From contig PDIP01000256.1 in assembly GCA_002811645.1 (NCBI GenBank), positions 8,853-63,158 on the forward strand: 54,306 bases of DNA. Reading direction: 5' to 3'. The notes beneath the pieces are model-generated. The model was not told the origin of the DNA, made no database searches, and was given only the letters and a program-made list of their open reading frames with translations. The DNA comes from Corallochytrium limacisporum Hawaii. Its lineage: Eukaryota > Protista > Pluriformea. The position numbers and the translations under genes were made by a program. Below are positions 20,911 through 30,875 of the stretch, in pieces; the first letter of the stretch is position 1; every line of letters begins with the position of its first letter.

Positions 20911-22221
20911 ATGTTTAAGGGTCTCTTCGCACCTTCTGGATCTTCCCAGAAGGACGATATGACCGAAGACTTGTCCAAAACTGCAAAGAAGCACAGGGAA
21001 TACTATGATGCAGCATACTATTCCCTTTCGAATGCAATTCAGCTAGATCAGGCGGGTAAATTAAAGGAAAGTATAGAAGACTATGAGGAAGGAATTCGTC
21101 AATTGGAAGCAGGAATAGAGTTGTACAACAGCAGTCTGAAGACTGTTGTAAATGATGATGTAAAGGCATGTAATGAGAAAATGCACAAGACTTTGAAGAA
21201 TGCCAGGGAGCGGTTACGGGACCTCAGAGACAAGCGAAATACCCAGCGTGAGGAAAGAATGGGAGTCGGACAGGGTAAACCGGGTACCAAGCAATCTAAG
21301 GGGTTGAGTCAAGCTAATCCACTCAAGAACATTGACAATCGCATGGCACACGCGATTCTGGATGAGATCATACCTCCAGGTGACGTCCTATTGAGTGACG
21401 TGAAGGGTCTAAAGGAAGCAAAGGATGCAATCTACGAAACTGTAATCCTACCGGCTGTAAAGCCAGACATCTTCACAGGGCTACGAGCTCCCGACCGGGG
21501 TATTCTGCTTTTCGGACCCCCGGGCAACGGCAAGACGTTCCTCGCAAAAGCGGCTGCAAGCGAGGCGAACGCAAACTTTTTCAGTATCAGTGCAGCCACT
21601 CTGACTTCGAAATTCTATGGAGAAGGCGAGAAGTTAATTCGGGTTCTGTTCGAAATGGCAAGGCAGGTCCAGCCGAGTGTTATTTTCCTTGATGAAATTG
21701 ATTCAATTCTCACTGAAAGGAGCTCCGGGGAGAATGATGCTAGTCGGAGGTTGAAAACTGAGTTCCTATTGCGCTTCGATGGGGTTTCCTCTAGCAGCGA
21801 TGACAAGATTTTAGTTCTTGGTGCAACCAATCGTCCGTGGGATTTAGACGACGCGGTACTGCGGCGTTTCACAAAGCGGATCTATGTCCCTCTACCGGAT
21901 GTGGATGCTCGCAGTGCAATTTTGGAGGGATTATTGACAAAGCATCGCCACCGACTGTCTTCGCGGGAAGTGTGCAGCATTGCTTCGTCCTTGCAGAATT
22001 ATTCTGCGGCTGACATTGGAGTAGTTGCCAAAGAGGCTGCCATGGCGCCTGTGCGGGAGATTCCGGTGCATAGACTCAGGAACCTCGACAAGGACGCCAT
22101 CCGTTCCATTACTGCTCGTGACTTCGACGCTGCACGGCGGTCTGTAAATTCAAGCGTCCGCACGGAAATGCTTCGACAATACGACAACTGGAACCGTGAA
22201 TACGGGTTCAGCCGTACATAA
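20911..22221 (+). CDS. SPAST: Spastin, MIT + AAA microtubule-severing ATPase
   Basis: MIT domain (AYYSLSNAIQLDQ). Walker A GPPGNGKT, pore loop LTSKFYGEGEK, Walker B IFLDEIDS, ASRRLKTEFL, WNREYG. Confidence 0.93.
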   Translation: MFKGLFAPSGSSQKDDMTEDLSKTAKKHREYYDAAYYSLSNAIQLDQAGKLKESIEDYEEGIRQLEAGIELYNSSLKTVVNDDVKACNEKMHKTLKNARERLRDLRDKRNTQREERMGVGQGKPGTKQSKGLSQANPLKNIDNRMAHAILDEIIPPGDVLLSDVKGLKEAKDAIYETVILPAVKPDIFTGLRAPDRGILLFGPPGNGKTFLAKAAASEANANFFSISAATLTSKFYGEGEKLIRVLFEMARQVQPSVIFLDEIDSILTERSSGENDASRRLKTEFLLRFDGVSSSSDDKILVLGATNRPWDLDDAVLRRFTKRIYVPLPDVDARSAILEGLLTKHRHRLSSREVCSIASSLQNYSAADIGVVAKEAAMAPVREIPVHRLRNLDKDAIRSITARDFDAARRSVNSSVRTEMLRQYDNWNREYGFSRT

Positions 22222-22269
22222 CAACTGCACCCGCTAAAGAAGCAAAAGAATATAATCTTTAATGTACAT

Positions 22270-22611
22270 ACTGCATTCTACCTTGAATTGAAGTGGGATT
22301 TCCATAGCTGGGTGCCATTGGTGAGTCGACTGTGCCCGAAAGGCACATTTAAGATCTACAAAGGAAAGGATAGGTTGCGCATCGATACTACTCTGCGTGA
22401 GTTCGGTACGTCTAGTATGAGTTGGAAGCGTGGTAACCTGACCTATTTGATCAAGTTGAAACCGGCTCGGCTCGGACGACATCAAAGTAATCCGCTTGGA
22501 CTGAAGACAGAACTGACAATGCTTGACAACGAGGCCACATCGCTGTCCGAGACCTCGACGCCAGACGAGGGAATACGGGATATCATGCTCCCCGACTGGT
22601 GTTGTGTTTAA
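22270..22611 (+). pseudogene. ANKRD13-family internal fragment (no ATG, no ankyrin repeats, truncated)
   Basis: AFYLELKWDFHSWVPLVSRLCP..FKIYK....LRIDTTL..F...SWKRGNLTYL matches the ANKRD13 post-ankyrin conserved block. Confidence 0.75.
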
Positions 22612-22682
22612 GCATCCATCCCCGGACGCTGTAACACTGAGGCACAAACAGATGCCGGTGGTGTGTCAAAGAAGATCATGAA

Positions 22683-23729
22683 CTAGGCCTTCATCGAGCC
22701 CTGAGACAGGGTGGCATCGTGACCAGAGGTAGCAATCCTTGACGATCCTGGTTTGAAGCCGGTGTTGGTCCTTATCGCCATGGTTGAAAAGTAGTCATAG
22801 AATGATGGTTTGTTGGCGTTGTGATAGTCCTTTGGCGTTGCGGATGCTCCAGTGTACTTAGCTGACGGAGGTTTTACTTCTGTGGAGCGCTCTGCCTTGG
22901 GCTTCGCCAATTTCTTTCCCACGCTGGGTTCGCGTTTACGATAATACCGTGCTCCGGTAGCGCCGACCCGTGTCACCCGCTCTGTATGGTCATTGACAGC
23001 AAAGGGTCCAATGGCGTCACTCAGGTCGAACTCAGACTTCGCCAACATAATCTCTACCTCTTTTGCAATACTTGAACGCTGCACAGTGGGCACAAAGGCT
23101 GACGCTGCATCATCCCTGTGCTCCTGCACGTAATCCGGAACCTTCATCGAGTAGGCAACACTCTTCCGGTTCACGTCCGATTGCACATTTTCCTTTCCCA
23201 AAGACTCGTTGCGGGCTCCCTTGCCAAACTCGAACTGGCTGAATCTGCTCTTGTACGTGGAATCAAAGATGGACGGGCGTGAACTTGCATTGCTGGGCTT
23301 CCGACTACTGTCGTCAGTGATTTCCACGATCCGAGGGCTATTTATAGGAGATTCTTTTTGTGCAGGCAGCCAGGCCTGAAACTGTACCGACTGCTTCCGA
23401 CTGCCCTGGCTCACGGCACTAGGGACATTGACAATTTCAAAGGGCGTGGTAGTTGTGGTTTTGATCCCTGCATCATATGAAGTTGTCGTCGTCGTCCGCG
23501 TATTTGTTGCATGATTTTGAGAGGTAGACTCCGGTCTTGGCGACTGTGCACTGCCCTCGGGGTACCCTTGAGTTCGAAGGATGGCACAGGCGTTTTCTGT
23601 GTCCAGAGTGGTCCATACCGCGAACCTTACAGGGTCTACACCCGCCTGCGGGAAACGAGCCATGACAATTGGCATGAGGCTGTTGAATATCACGGTTCTT
23701 TCCGCACGGCTCAGTTCAGGGCGACTCAT
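22683..23729 (-). CDS. Hypothetical S/T-rich, mostly disordered protein (348 aa)
   Basis: Long ORF with ACCATG start that fits the convergent-pair layout. No family recognised. Confidence 0.7.
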   Translation of the reverse strand: MSRPELSRAERTVIFNSLMPIVMARFPQAGVDPVRFAVWTTLDTENACAILRTQGYPEGSAQSPRPESTSQNHATNTRTTTTTSYDAGIKTTTTTPFEIVNVPSAVSQGSRKQSVQFQAWLPAQKESPINSPRIVEITDDSSRKPSNASSRPSIFDSTYKSRFSQFEFGKGARNESLGKENVQSDVNRKSVAYSMKVPDYVQEHRDDAASAFVPTVQRSSIAKEVEIMLAKSEFDLSDAIGPFAVNDHTERVTRVGATGARYYRKREPSVGKKLAKPKAERSTEVKPPSAKYTGASATPKDYHNANKPSFYDYFSTMAIRTNTGFKPGSSRIATSGHDATLSQGSMKA

Positions 23730-24364
23730 GGTGGTAGTTGGTAGAGTATTCTGCGCTCTACAAGTCCGTTAATACACTGGTCAGTCTCTTACGAAGCGAT
23801 AATCGAATATGCATATAAAAATGTATGTATCTAGATGTCTCTACTTTACTGCAGAATTTTTTCTTACTTTTTAAGGATCTATAGTTGACGTACCTGACAA
23901 CAGAAAGCTAAACTCACCGAGCCCGATGCCTCTCGGCCCCATTTCTTTGATCCCCTGTTGGAACCCGGTTACCCCCGGCTTCCAGTCCCCGCCCAGTTTC
24001 GGCCTTACCTGCCTATCCTGAAGATAAGAGTCCCTCCGCACATAGCCGGGACTTCCGAGACTGGGAAAATCGCTGGAGCTTCCAGCCGCTAACACAAATA
24101 CAAGTTTGCAAACGGGGAAAGCACGGAGACGGATCCGAGAGGGTTACCCCGTCTTGCGTCACCAGCCACTACTGCACTTCTCTGAGGGTCGGGCGGACGC
24201 AGGAAAATGGTATAAAGCACCACAAAGGCAACCTAAGGTATTTCTAGCCACAAACGTACCAACTGCGAGACGATCACCTTTATGTTAAGTAAACTTTGTC
24301 AGATTCGAAAATGACCTAGCCATCGAGCACAGAGGGCTTTCGCGGAGAAGGAGATTATATAGCT

Positions 24365-24715
24365 ATGGCTGCCAGCAAGCGGCTGAGAAACGCGGCGCAG
24401 GCCCGCAGGCAACCATTAGATTTCCAGAGCCAGCAGCCGCAGAATCAGAAGGCATCACAGATGAACATGTTCTGGGTCACGCTCGGATTGAAGCTCTTGG
24501 TTTGGGTGGCTCTTTTCCTTGTTGCCTTGGAGGTCCAGCTTGGGGGACCGTATTTCCTGCTGAGCATCCTGTACCTCATATACGAGAACCTTGGAGAACG
24601 GAAACCTGGGGAACCCAGCGCCTTTAGTGTCTTCAACGAAAACTTCCAAAGACTGCAAGGTGAAATTGACCCGCAAGCGTTAGATCAGAGCCTACGTCGG
24701 GGCTGGGGATTCTAG
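24365..24715 (+). CDS. SAYSD1: SAYSvFN-domain protein SAYSD1
   Basis: TM hairpin followed by NLGERKPGEPSAFSVFNENFQRLQG. Confidence 0.9.
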   Translation: MAASKRLRNAAQARRQPLDFQSQQPQNQKASQMNMFWVTLGLKLLVWVALFLVALEVQLGGPYFLLSILYLIYENLGERKPGEPSAFSVFNENFQRLQGEIDPQALDQSLRRGWGF

Positions 24716-24827
24716 AGACCGACATTCAGTGTTACATACGAATGTATTTACCTTCACTACCCCAATGCGTAGAAACTCTCACAGTTTTCTTTATATGTAC
24801 AACATATGATTCCATCAGTTCTTCCTC

Positions 24828-26753
24828 CTAGCTATGGACCTTAAAGTGCTTGGCGAGCTCATTGACATCCTCCACTTTACGCTGCTCCTTCAGAATACGC
24901 CGGGCGAGTGGAATCTTGTCAAATATATTCCACAGAATCACACCCACCACAACGTCATCGCGAAGGTAGAATACAACACCCTTGCCATACTCTTTCTCCT
25001 TCTGAAGGACAGAGGGGACAATGGTCTTCGTCTCTGTCTCACCTTCCTTCGTTTGCTCTGTCTGCTCCTCGACCTTGGTCCGCATCGGAATATCTCCAGT
25101 AGTCTTCTGGGGAGTCTCTGGCTTTTCTTCGCTTGAATCGATAAGCTTCTCGTCGCCAGTTCGGTCACCGGCATACTTTGGCTTGTCCTCCTCGTCCGCG
25201 TAGGCCCAAATGCTAACGGTCGGCAGAGAAGCGTCACAGATACCGATCGCTTCGTAGCCGATCTCGGGGCCTAGATCACTCCAAAACATGGACTGGTGCA
25301 TGTACGGCTTGCGCTTTCCCACCATGTTCTCGCCTGCCAGACGACCGCTTACCACGGCATGGTCGTGGTGTTCAACGCGACGGCGACCCAGATCAGCATC
25401 GAAAAAGGACGCGAGATCACCCGCAACCCAGACGTCTCGGCGGCTCTCAAATTCACTGTTCACTAACAGTCCCCCGCTGGATGGGTCTACTTCAAGGCCG
25501 GACGCCTTGCCGACGTCTGTGTTGGCATCGATACCTACTGCAGCCACGATATGATCTACAATAATTGACTCGTCATCCTGGAAGGTCATCTTCAGTTTGT
25601 GATTCGCAAAGCTAACCTCGTCAACAAACTTACTGGCGTGCACCTGGACTCCCTGGGCCTCAACTTTCTGTTTTGTCCACTTGGATAGATATCTAGGAAA
25701 GACCTGACCCATATTACCCTCTTCCGGGTACACCTGATGAACTTTCAGGTTCGGATTATACTGTTTCAATTGCACAATTGCAAACGTAAGTTCACTACCG
25801 AGGAATCCACCACCGACAACGGCAATGGAGTTGATCTGCTTGCTCTTGATTGCAATGTAGAGCTTGCGATAGTCATCGATTTTGCGGTATAGTGTGCTGC
25901 GGGCCTTAACCTTCTCACTAGCATTCTCAAGCACCTTTAAGTTACGCGGGGTACCACCAGTTGCAAGCAAACACTTCTCATAAGACACTGTACGCCCTCC
26001 TTCGAAGAATGCCTTGCGAGCCAGCACATTCAAGCGTTCCACCTTTGTATCTGGCATTAGGGCCACCACGTGACCGTCCTTCTCGGGGTCCAATTCCTCC
26101 GCCTTGTTGTACCAATCGTAACCCTCGTAAGTCAGTGTGCGGTCTTTACCACTCCAGTCCTTAAACTTCAGGTTTGTAACCACATCGTCATCCTCAGAAA
26201 ACCACAGTTCCTTCGATAAAGGGGGACGCATATACGCCGGATCCTTTTCGTCTGTGACAACCAAGATCTTGGCGTTTTTGTCGTTCTCTAGAATAGCCTT
26301 CACTGCTGCAAAGCCAGCGGTACCTCCTCCGACGATTAAATATGCAACTTTCTCCGGCAATTCAGAATTCTTGAAACCGTCTACGATCTTTCGCTGACGT
26401 TCCAATTGCTCCCGCCGGTAACGTTGCAGATCGGAGCGAACCTGGTCCGCTAAGGCCTCATTCACACCTGTCGAAGGAGCTGCTGCCTGAGCATAGTCTT
26501 CTGCATCCTTGGCGACCCGAGAAATGAGTCCGGATATGTCCTGGCTACCCGCAATCAGCACGATGCCACCAATGATGGCGACGGTGCCGAGAACAGGTAT
26601 GCTGACGCCGCTGCCTTCGTTTTGCTTCTGATTAATGCTTTGGTACCTAATTTGATGCAAAGATCCCGTGGTGCGGTGTACGAGGCCAGCAACGCGGGAC
26701 CGGAGCACAGGCCGCGAGGCCTGGATCAGAGGCCTGGCAATCCGTCCGATCAT
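24828..26753 (-). CDS. AIFM1: Apoptosis-inducing factor 1, mitochondrial FAD/NADH oxidoreductase
   Basis: Presequence and TM segment; YLIVGGGTA, YMRPPLSKELW, VVGGGFLGSEL, RRRVEHHDHAVVSGRLAGENM, HQSMFWSDLGP, YGKGVVFYLR. ATG at 26753. Confidence 0.96.
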   Translation of the reverse strand: MIGRIARPLIQASRPVLRSRVAGLVHRTTGSLHQIRYQSINQKQNEGSGVSIPVLGTVAIIGGIVLIAGSQDISGLISRVAKDAEDYAQAAAPSTGVNEALADQVRSDLQRYRREQLERQRKIVDGFKNSELPEKVAYLIVGGGTAGFAAVKAILENDKNAKILVVTDEKDPAYMRPPLSKELWFSEDDDVVTNLKFKDWSGKDRTLTYEGYDWYNKAEELDPEKDGHVVALMPDTKVERLNVLARKAFFEGGRTVSYEKCLLATGGTPRNLKVLENASEKVKARSTLYRKIDDYRKLYIAIKSKQINSIAVVGGGFLGSELTFAIVQLKQYNPNLKVHQVYPEEGNMGQVFPRYLSKWTKQKVEAQGVQVHASKFVDEVSFANHKLKMTFQDDESIIVDHIVAAVGIDANTDVGKASGLEVDPSSGGLLVNSEFESRRDVWVAGDLASFFDADLGRRRVEHHDHAVVSGRLAGENMVGKRKPYMHQSMFWSDLGPEIGYEAIGICDASLPTVSIWAYADEEDKPKYAGDRTGDEKLIDSSEEKPETPQKTTGDIPMRTKVEEQTEQTKEGETETKTIVPSVLQKEKEYGKGVVFYLRDDVVVGVILWNIFDKIPLARRILKEQRKVEDVNELAKHFKVHS

Positions 26754-27496
26754 GTCTATCACTGTCAAGTATATGTCCCGATCGACACTACCAAAGTGTA
26801 CAAATCAGTCTATTCGAGATGATTAAGAAACGCCGTTTGATAGCTTTAACTATCTTTTTCTTGGAAGGCTTGAACGCTGGAATGTATAGGGGAAATTCCA
26901 AAGGACAGCGCGAATGTGATGTGAACATCGGCTGGTGCGGTCATTATTTCCAGACTGCCAGCAAACAGGCAATCCCATCGTCGGCAACAATGGGACCCCC
27001 GCAATCGCCCCCCCTGTGATGTCACGAGAGAGTTAAGGGATTGCACTGTTTCAGTACTGAGAACGGATATGAACACGCGGTTTTCGGAGGGGATCCTCCA
27101 CTCGTTACACTGAGAGAATGTAAGTAAAACCAGCGCCGCTCCCTTGAACGAAGGCTTGGGGTTCAATTGATCAGTATTTGTCGCTACAACGTAGTGAAAG
27201 CATTGAATTCCACCCTTCACGGTGGGAGGGATTCCACCCTTTGCTGTGTATCCGTGCGCCCACTCCGTGTGTGTTGGTGGGGGGGGGGGGGCGGCCTCAA
27301 GGGTGCTAGAGGAATCGGTTGCCCGGATAGTGATGCGGGTCACATCGATTTGGGCGCTTCCCTACGTTTCAGGGTATTTCAAGGGTGTATGCCCTGATCA
27401 TGTCTCTTTCGATTGAGATAAGATCATTTTAGTCCTGTTTAGACTTTTGGTACATACATGTAAGATACAGACACACCACAGCCTACAGCAGCAACC

Positions 27497-28465
27497 ATGA
27501 ACGTAACACTAGTAGACGAGACCATAATCCAAGCTCTTATGCATAATCTTGATCCCACGGACATTGCTCAGCTGCGCCTGACATGTAAACATTTTAGGGA
27601 TCTCATAGATGAAGAATCTACCTTCTGGATGGATATGTGGTCTGCAGTCTTCTCAGACTACGCTGAGGTAGTGCGCCAGGTACAGAGCGTTGACTTTGTG
27701 GAGGACATTGATCTGCAGGCATCAGTGAGCGAATGGAAGGATGCCTTCATCGAGCAGCGCAGCAGGACAGACACAGAATTAGACGAGTTGAGTAAGGAAG
27801 CAGAACAGAATTTCTTGCAAGGGGGACGGATTATTGAAGAAGCACAGAACAGTGGCGGCGAGGGCATTGACGGAACAGTGTTGGATAGTGCCATGAACCA
27901 TTTCCTGAACGCTATCCGCCTCTGCCCCAATCACCTCAGTGCCTTCTCTAAGATAATTGGTATGTGTATGTTAGTTGGAGCCCTGGATCAGGCCATGGTG
28001 ATTGCGGACCTGACTGAAGAGATTGAAGGAGATCGCGCTAGTAGCGGACTGAGCAGTATCGTTAATGAACTGCGCAATCAAATTAACAGGCGAGGGCAAG
28101 CATGCCAGAGTGAGGAATCTGATGCCTACAAGTTGCTCATTGAGAACGACCAACTGAGCACCAAGGCGGCTGTTGCGCTGTCAAAGGTATTCTTGCGCTT
28201 TGACAAGGACAGTGATGGTTTTCTGAACCGCCAGGAATTAACAGACTTTATCACATTCGCTGCTGGACAGAGGCCCTCATCAGAGTTTGTGGACATGTTC
28301 CTGCAGTACCGGGAAACCAATGAGAAAGGGGATCTGACGTTGGATGGATTTCTGGCCCACTATTTGATGCAAAGCTTGGATGATCCTGACGAGACTATGA
28401 ATGATCTCTGCAAGTTTGGTTTTGACCCCACACTCGACCATGTGGATGTCTTGCCGGACGCCTGA
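27497..28465 (+). CDS. F-box / TPR-like / EF-hand protein
   Basis: N-terminal F-box (LDPTDIAQLRLTCKHFRDL). TPR-like helices (FLNAIRLCPNHLSAF). EF-hand FDKDSDGFLNRQEL and a second module LTLDGFLAHY...DETMNDLCKFGFD. Confidence 0.75.
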   Translation: MNVTLVDETIIQALMHNLDPTDIAQLRLTCKHFRDLIDEESTFWMDMWSAVFSDYAEVVRQVQSVDFVEDIDLQASVSEWKDAFIEQRSRTDTELDELSKEAEQNFLQGGRIIEEAQNSGGEGIDGTVLDSAMNHFLNAIRLCPNHLSAFSKIIGMCMLVGALDQAMVIADLTEEIEGDRASSGLSSIVNELRNQINRRGQACQSEESDAYKLLIENDQLSTKAAVALSKVFLRFDKDSDGFLNRQELTDFITFAAGQRPSSEFVDMFLQYRETNEKGDLTLDGFLAHYLMQSLDDPDETMNDLCKFGFDPTLDHVDVLPDA

Positions 28466-28555
28466 ATCCGAACAGCAACCACAACAAGCCTCCTCAAATC
28501 AGCATTTACATTACATTTCATAGTCTACATGTTTCTTTCTTTAATGTTTAGTTAG

Positions 28556-29641
28556 TTAGATAAGCAAAGAGCCATAGTTCCGCTCCCGGATATTTTGGTC
28601 CATGATCAGTTCGAACGGCTTGCCATTGACCATGAATTCTGATCCGTACATCTCATCGTATTCTCTGAGCATACCCCGAAGAGTTCGCTCCAGGCGCAGC
28701 AGTCGTGGAAAAATGGTCTTGCGGAACTTTTGATGTTCTCGGTTTGCATGGCCTCGCAGCCTCTGCTTGCTGGTACATTGTTGCACGTCATTGAGGCCAT
28801 CGACGATACTGTACCATTCCGTAATCATATCGTTGAGCTGGGCCGCAATGGGTGCAGCCTTGTCAGGATCAGAAAGAGTGTGATAGTTCTTTCTGCTGTT
28901 CATCTGCATCGTGTTCTTCATGTACTCATTCTCTACTTCCGGGGAAATGTTCCTCGCCATGTTGCTCTGGGAAAACTGTGCATCGGCCACCAGGTCCACT
29001 GAATTTTGGTTCAACCGTTGAATAAGGCTCTGAGTCAGGTGTGTAAGCAGCTTTGTGCGTGTTTTAACTCGTTCTGTGGTGGTTAGAGAGTCACAGACGG
29101 TCTGCAAACCCGGAATATTGAGATCGGCAGAACGCATGAGGCGATACATTGCAGCGTTCTCATTCGCCAGCAAGAGCATTGTCTGCAGAAGTTCCTGATT
29201 TAGTTTTGCATGGAAGTCAATATAGCTCTGGGAGTCATGCTGCGGTGAGCGTACTAATTGAGTGACTGCATCGATCAGTTTTGAATCCACCTCTGTCAAA
29301 TCCTGAGGTCTAAGCTCGAGTACGTGCTCACTCCTTTGATGACGTTCCTCTTCCATCAAAGTTTGGGTATACTTCTTTCCAAATTCAATGCTGAGATTGA
29401 GCATATCTCGCTCTAGACTGGCATTTAGTCGCTTAAGCAGACTTCGAATGTCTTTTATGTCATCTTCTGGGTCCTTTGGCACATATGACTCGTCTAATCC
29501 CCGATCAGGAGTGACAATAATGCCTTCCAGCTGACGAACAACCTCGCGGATCTCTGATTCGATGCGTTGCCCTTCATCGTGCAGTTCCCTTTGGACCGCG
29601 GCAAGGCTTGTCGCTGCGACGCTTGCTGCCGTTGACATCAT
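28556..29641 (-). CDS. Divergent MAP65/Ase1/PRC1-family microtubule bundler
   Basis: Coiled-coil protein ending in RLRG...EHQKFRKTIFPRLLRLERTLRGMLREYDEMYGSEFMVNG, the MAP65/ASE1 conserved motif. First ATG at 29641. Confidence 0.65.
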   Translation of the reverse strand: MMSTAASVAATSLAAVQRELHDEGQRIESEIREVVRQLEGIIVTPDRGLDESYVPKDPEDDIKDIRSLLKRLNASLERDMLNLSIEFGKKYTQTLMEEERHQRSEHVLELRPQDLTEVDSKLIDAVTQLVRSPQHDSQSYIDFHAKLNQELLQTMLLLANENAAMYRLMRSADLNIPGLQTVCDSLTTTERVKTRTKLLTHLTQSLIQRLNQNSVDLVADAQFSQSNMARNISPEVENEYMKNTMQMNSRKNYHTLSDPDKAAPIAAQLNDMITEWYSIVDGLNDVQQCTSKQRLRGHANREHQKFRKTIFPRLLRLERTLRGMLREYDEMYGSEFMVNGKPFELIMDQNIRERNYGSLLI

Positions 29642-30283
29642 TGACTGTATGTTATGCAGCAGTCGTCGCTGCGGATGGCCCACATTTTTCGCCAATTTAG
29701 TATCGTTTTACCTATTACTAAACTCACTACCCAAGAGACACAGCAGACTTGTAAATAGGCAAGACATAGACCCCCTAAGTAAAGCTGGCATTATTAATTC
29801 CTCTTCTGTCCCTTCTACGCCGCAAGTGATTCGCCTGGGCGTCTTTTCTGCACTCCTCCGACCAAGCCAAAAAGTGGGTCTTTACTATGGGGTCACGCCA
29901 GGTTGCCAGCTCCGTCCTCGTCATCGCTTGTTGCTCTGCCGGGCCCCTAAGACGGCCGGCCCGTGTGTACAGAAGTTACAAGTCAGAAACCGAAGGGGTT
30001 TCCTAGCCATCTGCCCCTAACGGCCCCGACGGGCCCCAGCCACAACACTACTCCGCGTCAGGGCCATCCACGCTTCTCCGCCGCAACAAGAAGCCCCAGG
30101 CCCTTTTGCTATCTCTTAACAGCGGGTTCCAAAGAAGAGCGCGAGATGCCGTGGCAACCGGGGGTCCAATTTTGTAGTGTTTGTACCCACCGGAAGAAAA
30201 CAAAGCCATTTCTCCCGTACCACGGTACCCAAACCAGCTTAAACGGTCTCATTTTTGTTGTGCCCACCAACCGGGTGAGCAAG

Positions 30284-30442
30284 TTTTGGCGCGCATTGTT
30301 CAAAGCGAAACACACTTGGGCTCACTGCGATTTGCGAGGACTGCTAATACCAATCCCCCGGGTCGGTATGGCTCTGTCGAAAGGGATTGGATACAGGGAG
30401 GAATATCATCAGTACTGTAGTTATGGTAAATTTACGCGCCAA
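30284..30442. promoter_or_regulatory. Two inverted E2F-like sites (TTTTGGCGCG 30284-30293; CGCGCCAA 30435-30442), the first followed by CHR-like TTCAAA
   Basis: Located in the divergent spacer between the PRC1-like and GCNA genes; matches the E2F consensus TTSSCGC. Confidence 0.4.
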
Positions 30443-30875
30443 GATTAGGGGGAGGCGTGGATGCAATAGAAAAGAAAATGGGACCCAAGTGTACGATTCG
30501 GGAGATATGGTGTTCTGGTTAGCTGCTGCTGCTTTCGTTGGACGAATGCACATGCGGTATACACCGAGAAACGCCCAACGGCAGCCATTCTAGTGATCCT
30601 GAGCACACAGCTGTCAAAACGGTTCTGTTCTCAAAGGTGCGACAACCCCTCAGACCCACCCGTAGAATGTGTAGCCAACCAGAGGTCTCGGGATGCAGAG
30701 TTGCAGGGCGAGCTCGATGGAAACCAGCACCGTTCGCTAAAGTATGACGCATTGGCGGGTTAGCGTTGCTATCGTAGGTACTTCACAACTGTCTATGTAT
30801 TAAATTGTTGCTGTTGAATGTTTGAACCTAACGACATCAAGATATATTAATTCATCGCTGCCCCACAGGTCCAAG

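Noticed and set aside
7142-29641. ESCRT-III/mitotic functional cluster (BROX, spastin, PRC1-like)
   Set aside because: The genes are interspersed with unrelated housekeeping genes; no evidence beyond chance.
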